From a virus (taxonomy: Duplodnaviria; Heunggongvirae; Uroviricota; Caudoviricetes), in IMG/VR virus record IMGVR_UViG_2663762841_000006, positions 1-42,406 of that record: a stretch of 42,406 nucleotides of DNA. One strand, given 5' to 3'. Position numbers and translations under genes: made by a program. How positions within the stretch are numbered: the first letter of the stretch is position 1; each line of letters starts with the position of its first letter. This document shows positions 37,429 to 42,406 of this stretch, piece after piece. Below the pieces are notes generated by a model. The model did no database searches and was not told the DNA's origin. It was given only the letters and a program-made list of their open reading frames with translations.

Positions 37429-39876
37429 ATGTCAAATATTGTGCCAAATGTTATAATTTCAATGCCAAGTCAACTATTTACGTTAGCCAGAAAATTCCAG
37501 GCAGCAAGCAATGGCAAGATATTCATTGGTAAGATAGATTCCGATCCCACGCTCCCACAGAATCAAGTGCAGGTTTATGTGGAGAACGAAGACGGCTCTC
37601 ACATTCCCGTTTCGCAACCAATAATTATTAACGCTGCTGGCTACCCTGTATATAACGGACAGATTGCCAAATTCGTAACCGTGCAAGGGCATTCTATGGC
37701 TGTGTACGATGCATATGGATCACAGCAGTTCTATTTCCCTAATGTGCTGAAGTACGATCCAGATCAGTTTTCATATTTGCTGAAAAGTGATGATGGCTAT
37801 AAGTATATAGGAGAATGCAAAGATATATCTACATTGAGAACAATTGAACCAAGTTATGATGGACAGGTTATAAGACTGAGGGGATATTACTCTGACAGCT
37901 ATTCAGGAGGTGGAAGGTTTTTCCGTAGTGTTAATCCTGATGGATTGACAGATAACGGAGGAACGATAATTTTCACATCAGAAGGAAATGTATGGAAATC
38001 AGATGATATATATAATGTTATGCTTGAGGATTTCGGAGCTAAAGATGGTGCTGACAACACCGAAGCATTTCATAAAGCAATTAACTCACCAGCAAAAAAA
38101 ATCACAACAAATATAAAAGAGTTGATACTAACAAACAATATTGTAATTACACGCGGCGACCTGGCAATTGATATGCCTGATACGGAGATAATATGGAATG
38201 CTCCGGAAGGACATATTCCTGATAGAAGTGGATCTACAAATCCAAGTAACTATCGTTTTCCTGGCATTCTAGCATTTCGCGGCACTGCTGGAGATATAAT
38301 AGACTCTTTTACTCTAACAAATAGAATATCAAAAGGAGATACAACATATTGGTGTACGAACAACTCTCTTTTTGAGAATAGACAGTGGGTTATTATGTCA
38401 TCGGATGTTGGCGGCGGAACCGTAGGTAGAGAAATAAATGTAATGACACAAGTGCAGGGCAGTGGTGGAGCAATAACTCAATTGCGAGTTGATTATAAAA
38501 CAGGCTGGCATCTTGATGTCGGAAGGGTATTGACATATAGAAATGTAACCCCAATAGAAAATGTAAGAATTGCTTTTAAAGGCGTAAAATGGAATCAAAA
38601 CATAACAGATGCTTCAGGTGGTGGCGATGGATTTGCCAGTCAACAATCATGCGCACTTGTGTCCCTTGAATACGTAAATAACGCTGACATTTGTCTCGGG
38701 TATGGATTTAATCACCCTTACCCAATGGTTGTAACTGCCATGGTCAGGAATGTTTTTGTTCATGATACGGAAACAAATTTCCCAAGAGTTCCAGGGTCCG
38801 ATCATGTTGTTCAATTCAATAACGCATATGAATGCCACGCAAGAAGATTACGCAATATTTCAGGCAGGCACGTAGTTGATTTTAGTGGTTCAAGTTATTG
38901 CTCTGTAAGAGATTGCGGAGAAACAGGAACAAGAAATGGTGCATTTACTACGCACGGTATGTTTGAGCACAATTTGCGATTTGATAATAATTATGGTCTT
39001 TTAAGCATTGCAAACAGTGGTGAATATTATGGTGAGTCAGCAGATAATATAACTGTAACCCATCATTTCGGAGATTATTTAATTGCAACTTCAAAAGTTA
39101 CCAACCTTAACATATTGCATGCAATATTTACAAAAGGTGCAAGATTAAACAATGATGCCGTCACATTGATTGATGTTACTATTGGAGAAAACTCAACTGA
39201 TGCCGATAGAGGGCTTAGATTTACCCAAAGCTCTAATGTTTATGGGCGTGGGGCAAAAATATTCGGCTGTGACATTGTGTTAAACAAGCAAGCAGGGAAT
39301 GCTCTGCCTGATTCTCTTAACCAAAGGGTGAAAATCGAATCGACATATATCAGGAATTCAAACGCTTCATATTATGGTGGTAGTTGGATTGAACTAATTA
39401 ATTGTGATGTTTCAGGATCAGGTTCAAGTCTTGAGAATGTTGTTGCTGCAACGCGGTTTAGCATGCTGTCCGGATCACTATCTAATACTGGTTTTATTTT
39501 TCAAGGCCCATCAGAGCAAATCGTAAAAATACATGACGTTTCACAGTCTGGAACAGGAGCGTCAGGGCTTAATAGTCATTTTACTTTAAATAAAGATGAG
39601 GCAGGAAGTGGACCAATAACAATGTCATATAAAAATAATCAATGTATATTGAGTGGAGAAACATGCGCATTCAAAATAAATAATGCTTCAGGAGCATTCA
39701 GAGTAAACTCTACAGGGAATACGTTTCAAGGTGGGAAAATAGAGTTTCAGAAATCTATTACATCAGGTGGCAGTTACTTAAATCACACTGGAAACGTAGA
39801 GCGTGGCGTTAGTAGAGTCAACGAGCCAGAAAATACTCCATATATAGTAACAACAGGGAATATGATAATTCCCTGA
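37429..39876 (+). CDS. tailspike protein: conserved P22-type head-binding N-terminal domain fused to a divergent receptor-binding domain
   Basis: 815 aa; first ~115 residues match the P22/Sf6/HK620 tailspike N-terminus as recalled; remainder Gly/Ser/Asn-rich, consistent with a beta-helix. Confidence 0.85.
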   Translation: MSNIVPNVIISMPSQLFTLARKFQAASNGKIFIGKIDSDPTLPQNQVQVYVENEDGSHIPVSQPIIINAAGYPVYNGQIAKFVTVQGHSMAVYDAYGSQQFYFPNVLKYDPDQFSYLLKSDDGYKYIGECKDISTLRTIEPSYDGQVIRLRGYYSDSYSGGGRFFRSVNPDGLTDNGGTIIFTSEGNVWKSDDIYNVMLEDFGAKDGADNTEAFHKAINSPAKKITTNIKELILTNNIVITRGDLAIDMPDTEIIWNAPEGHIPDRSGSTNPSNYRFPGILAFRGTAGDIIDSFTLTNRISKGDTTYWCTNNSLFENRQWVIMSSDVGGGTVGREINVMTQVQGSGGAITQLRVDYKTGWHLDVGRVLTYRNVTPIENVRIAFKGVKWNQNITDASGGGDGFASQQSCALVSLEYVNNADICLGYGFNHPYPMVVTAMVRNVFVHDTETNFPRVPGSDHVVQFNNAYECHARRLRNISGRHVVDFSGSSYCSVRDCGETGTRNGAFTTHGMFEHNLRFDNNYGLLSIANSGEYYGESADNITVTHHFGDYLIATSKVTNLNILHAIFTKGARLNNDAVTLIDVTIGENSTDADRGLRFTQSSNVYGRGAKIFGCDIVLNKQAGNALPDSLNQRVKIESTYIRNSNASYYGGSWIELINCDVSGSGSSLENVVAATRFSMLSGSLSNTGFIFQGPSEQIVKIHDVSQSGTGASGLNSHFTLNKDEAGSGPITMSYKNNQCILSGETCAFKINNASGAFRVNSTGNTFQGGKIEFQKSITSGGSYLNHTGNVERGVSRVNEPENTPYIVTTGNMIIP

Positions 39877-40004
39877 TATAATATAAATCGCCAAGGATGG
39901 CTCATTCAAATAAGAATCTTTAGTAATCAGATTGTTAATTAAAGATGGTTTGTTGGTTTTTATGTTTATTAAAAAAGGTTATATCAACGCGCTGTTATTG
40001 TTCT

Positions 40005-41198
40005 TTAATCAACCTTCCCATCAAGCCAGTCTGCCCACCACTGCATCATTTCTCTGCGTTTGTCGAGATACTGAGCATGGTTGTAAATTCCACGCACAGA
40101 ACCGCCGTTGGCATGTGCCAGTTGCACTTCAATAGCATCAGCGGGCCATTCGTGCTCGTTCATAATCGTGCTGAATTCATGCCTGAATCCGTGACCGCTT
40201 TCCAGACCCTCATAGCCGATTTGTTTGATCACAAGCAATACCGCGTTCTCGCAGATTGGCTTCTTCTTATCGTTGCGCCCGGCAAAAACAAACTCTGATA
40301 CTGGTTTGGTGATTGAGCTTAGCGTAGTGAGAAGTTCAACCACCTGGTCCGACATCGGGACCACATGAATTTTGCGGCCCTTCATCACACTGGCGTCGAT
40401 GGTGATAATCCTGTTTTCAAAATCGACGTTCTTCCATAGCATGGAACGAAGCTCTTTCGTTCTTAGGGCAGTGTAGCGTAAAACTTTGGTCGCAATGAGC
40501 GATACGATACTTCCTGAAAATGTTGCAAGTGCTTTGTTGAATGCCGGGATCTGGTCGGCAGGTAAAAACGGGAAGTTCTTCTTGCGGTATCCCTTCATGG
40601 CGTCAGCAAGGTCAGGTGCCGGGTTATATTTAGCCCTACCAGTGACAATAGCGTAACGGAAAACCTCGCCGCATCTTCTGCGGGCTTTGTTGGCTCGCTC
40701 CATTGCACCGCGATCTTCAAATCTGCGGATTACTTCCAGCAGTTGCATCGGCTCAATATCCTGAATTTCAAGGCCGCCGATGATAGGTAAAATGTCGTCA
40801 TCAAACATTTTTGCAAGTTCATTTGCATAGCCTACTGACCAGACTTGCTTCTTGTGCTCGTACCATTCCTTGTAAATGGCGCTAAAGGAATTGTTGTTAG
40901 ACGAAGCCTTTTTCGCTTTTACCGGATCGATGCCAACCGAGATGTCTTTCCTCGCGGTCCATGCTTTATCCCTTGCCTCCTGCAAAGTCATAAGCGGATA
41001 TTTTCCGACGGTCAGGATTTTCTCCTTACCGTCAATCTTGTAGCGAAGCTGCCATACCTTTTTCCCTGATACAGGGACATAAAGGTACAGGCCATTACCA
41101 TCGAGTAGGCGGTATGGTTTTTCTTTCGGCTTTGCTGCTTCAATCTGCTTAACGGTGAGCATGGGTAAAAATCCGGTGGGTAAAATTATTTTATCCAC
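40005..41198 (-). CDS. intS: tyrosine integrase, IntS (CPS-53/KpLE1)-like, P4-type
   Basis: 397 aa; C-terminal catalytic region (HGFRHEFST...HA...RGIYNHAQY); adjacent to argW; true start may be ATG at 41162 (MLTVKQIE). Confidence 0.85.
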   Translation of the reverse strand: MDKIILPTGFLPMLTVKQIEAAKPKEKPYRLLDGNGLYLYVPVSGKKVWQLRYKIDGKEKILTVGKYPLMTLQEARDKAWTARKDISVGIDPVKAKKASSNNNSFSAIYKEWYEHKKQVWSVGYANELAKMFDDDILPIIGGLEIQDIEPMQLLEVIRRFEDRGAMERANKARRRCGEVFRYAIVTGRAKYNPAPDLADAMKGYRKKNFPFLPADQIPAFNKALATFSGSIVSLIATKVLRYTALRTKELRSMLWKNVDFENRIITIDASVMKGRKIHVVPMSDQVVELLTTLSSITKPVSEFVFAGRNDKKKPICENAVLLVIKQIGYEGLESGHGFRHEFSTIMNEHEWPADAIEVQLAHANGGSVRGIYNHAQYLDKRREMMQWWADWLDGKVD

Positions 41199-41207
41199 TT
41201 TTTACCC
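41163..41207. repeat. three copies of the TTTTACCC arm-type repeat (two inverted at 41163..41170 and 41178..41185, one direct at 41200..41207)
   Basis: Same 8-mer as at 1385..1404; overlaps the int start region. Confidence 0.5.
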
Positions 41208-41323
41208 GTCATGGAGTGCGGCTGTCAACGATCTGACGCGAACCATGACGAACTGCGAATCTACGGAAGGCTTGATATTCATGGGATTTTGCGGACTGGT
41301 ACGGATGGGAGCGAACTGATAAA

Positions 41324-41398
41324 TGGTGTCCCCTGCAGGAATCGAACCTGCAATTAGCCCTTAGGAGGGGCTCGTTATATCCATTTAACTAAGAGGAC
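41324..41398 (-). tRNA. argW: tRNA-Arg (anticodon CCU), intact; 3' end forms the prophage att core
   Basis: 75-nt cloverleaf read from the reverse complement, ending GGGGACACCA; anticodon loop cuCCUaa. Confidence 0.9.
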
Positions 41399-41473
41399 AA
41401 TGCGGCATGAGTATACCCGCTAATGGAGTGCGGGGTAAGTACGCTGCCGCTCGATTGCTTAAACCCTCGCCAT

Positions 41474-42406
41474 TTATGCCGGGTTTTTATCATTTTTCTT
41501 AATGTTTTCCGCACGTTCTGCTTTTTGGCGTGCTTCTGCTTTACGCTTGTTGCTCATGTCGTTACGAATCTGTGCATGACTCATTAACGCGAAGATAAAG
41601 GTGCCGCCGCAGATGTTCCCCGCTAAAGTAGGTAGTGCGAAGGGCCAGATGAAATCGCTCCAGTGCAGCGTACCGTTAAACACCAGATAGAGGATTTCAA
41701 CAGAACCGACCACGATATGGGTGGTGTCACCCAGGGCAATAAGCCAGGTCATCAATATAATCACCACAATCTTTGCCGCACCTGCTGCAGGAAACATCCA
41801 TACCATAGTGGCGATCAGCCAGCCGGAAATGATCGCGTTGGCAAACATCTCGCTGGGGGTGTTCTTCATCACATCCATGCCGATTTTGACAAATGCATCG
41901 CGAGTTTCTTCATTGAAGATAGGCATATATTCAAATGCCCATGCAGCAATACCTGTCCCGAGAATATTACCCAGCAGCACGACGCCCCATAATCGCATAA
42001 GTAAGCCGACGTTGCTCATTGTCGGTTTTTGCATGACGGGTAGTACCGCAGTCACGGTGTTTTCGGTAAATAATTGCTGGCGGGCCATAATGACGATAAT
42101 AAAACCAAAGGTATAACCGAGATTCTCCAGTAAGAAGCTGCCCGGCACACCTTCCAGTTCGACATGAAATATCCCTTTTGCCAGTAACGAAGCGCCCATC
42201 GACAGACCCGCCGCAATGGCTGACCACAGTAGCGCCATTGCGTCGCGTTCCAGCTCTTTTTCACCATCCTGGCGGATATGCTCATGAATTGCCATCGCCC
42301 GGGAGGGGAGTCGGTCTTCATCTATTTCTATTTTTTTGCCGCGCTCTTTTTCTTCGCTCTCAACTTCAATTTCGTCGCTGTGTTGATCAATTTTGTCGTT
42401 GTCCAT
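41474..42406 (-). CDS. yfdC: formate/nitrite transporter (FNT) family inner-membrane protein YfdC
   Basis: 310 aa polytopic membrane protein; known argW neighbour in E. coli; ORF start coincides with the window end. Confidence 0.8.
   Translation of the reverse strand: MDNDKIDQHSDEIEVESEEKERGKKIEIDEDRLPSRAMAIHEHIRQDGEKELERDAMALLWSAIAAGLSMGASLLAKGIFHVELEGVPGSFLLENLGYTFGFIIVIMARQQLFTENTVTAVLPVMQKPTMSNVGLLMRLWGVVLLGNILGTGIAAWAFEYMPIFNEETRDAFVKIGMDVMKNTPSEMFANAIISGWLIATMVWMFPAAGAAKIVVIILMTWLIALGDTTHIVVGSVEILYLVFNGTLHWSDFIWPFALPTLAGNICGGTFIFALMSHAQIRNDMSNKRKAEARQKAERAENIKKNDKNPA

Larger units (their letters stand above)
1313..41339. mobile_element. ~40 kb mosaic lambdoid prophage with P22/Sf6-like podovirus morphogenesis genes, integrated at the 3' end of argW
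   Basis: Complete early, replication, nin, lysis, head, ejection, immI, tailspike and integrase gene set; 14-15 bp copy of the argW 3' end at 1313..1326 matches 41324..41338; TTTTACCC arm-type repeats at both ends. Confidence 0.8.

Noticed and set aside
39932-40298. Two plus-strand ORFs (67 and 117 aa) after the tailspike
   Set aside because: They are antisense to the 3' end of the integrase gene and read as low-complexity junk; no RBS.
1-42406. Looked for CRISPR arrays, IS elements, integrons and type I/II/III restriction operons
   Set aside because: No regularly spaced direct repeats, no transposase-like ORF with terminal inverted repeats, and no nuclease partner for the methyltransferase were found by eye.

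Overview
The window holds the 3' end of a LacY-family permease gene (cscB-like, 1..870), a ~40 kb mosaic lambdoid prophage of the short-tailed P22/Sf6 type (about 1313..41339), then tRNA-Arg(CCU) argW (41324..41398, minus) and yfdC (41474..42406, minus). All calls rest on reading the sequence and on recalled protein families; no search or alignment was run. Prophage order, left to right: AlpA-like excisionase and ea genes (minus strand); recombination module (DnaQ-like exonuclease, HNH, SSB, Rad52-like annealing protein); CIII-like, Kil-like, an acidic 103-aa protein and an AT-rich 156-aa moron; N-like antiterminator; P22-type immC (C2 repressor, Cro, CII-like) with matching nutL/nutR; O-like initiator with six internal iterons and DnaB-type helicase; a nin region that looks lambda-like (ninB, ninD-like, ninF/G/H/I) carrying an orphan C5-cytosine methyltransferase; Q, PR'/tR' and two tRNA genes; phage-21-type lysis cassette (pinholin, SAR endolysin, Rz/Rz1); KilA-N protein; TerS, TerL, portal, scaffold, coat, gp4/gp10/gp26, ejection proteins gp7/gp20/gp16; an accessory island in the sieA slot; immI (mnt, arc, ant); an HNH homing endonuclease; a chimeric tailspike; and an IntS-like integrase beside argW. 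No CRISPR array or IS element was seen. The best candidates for an undescribed function are the five-gene accessory island between gene 16 and mnt (34018..35367) and the AT-rich 156-aa gene plus acidic protein downstream of N (6764..7689); neither can be assigned a function from sequence alone.
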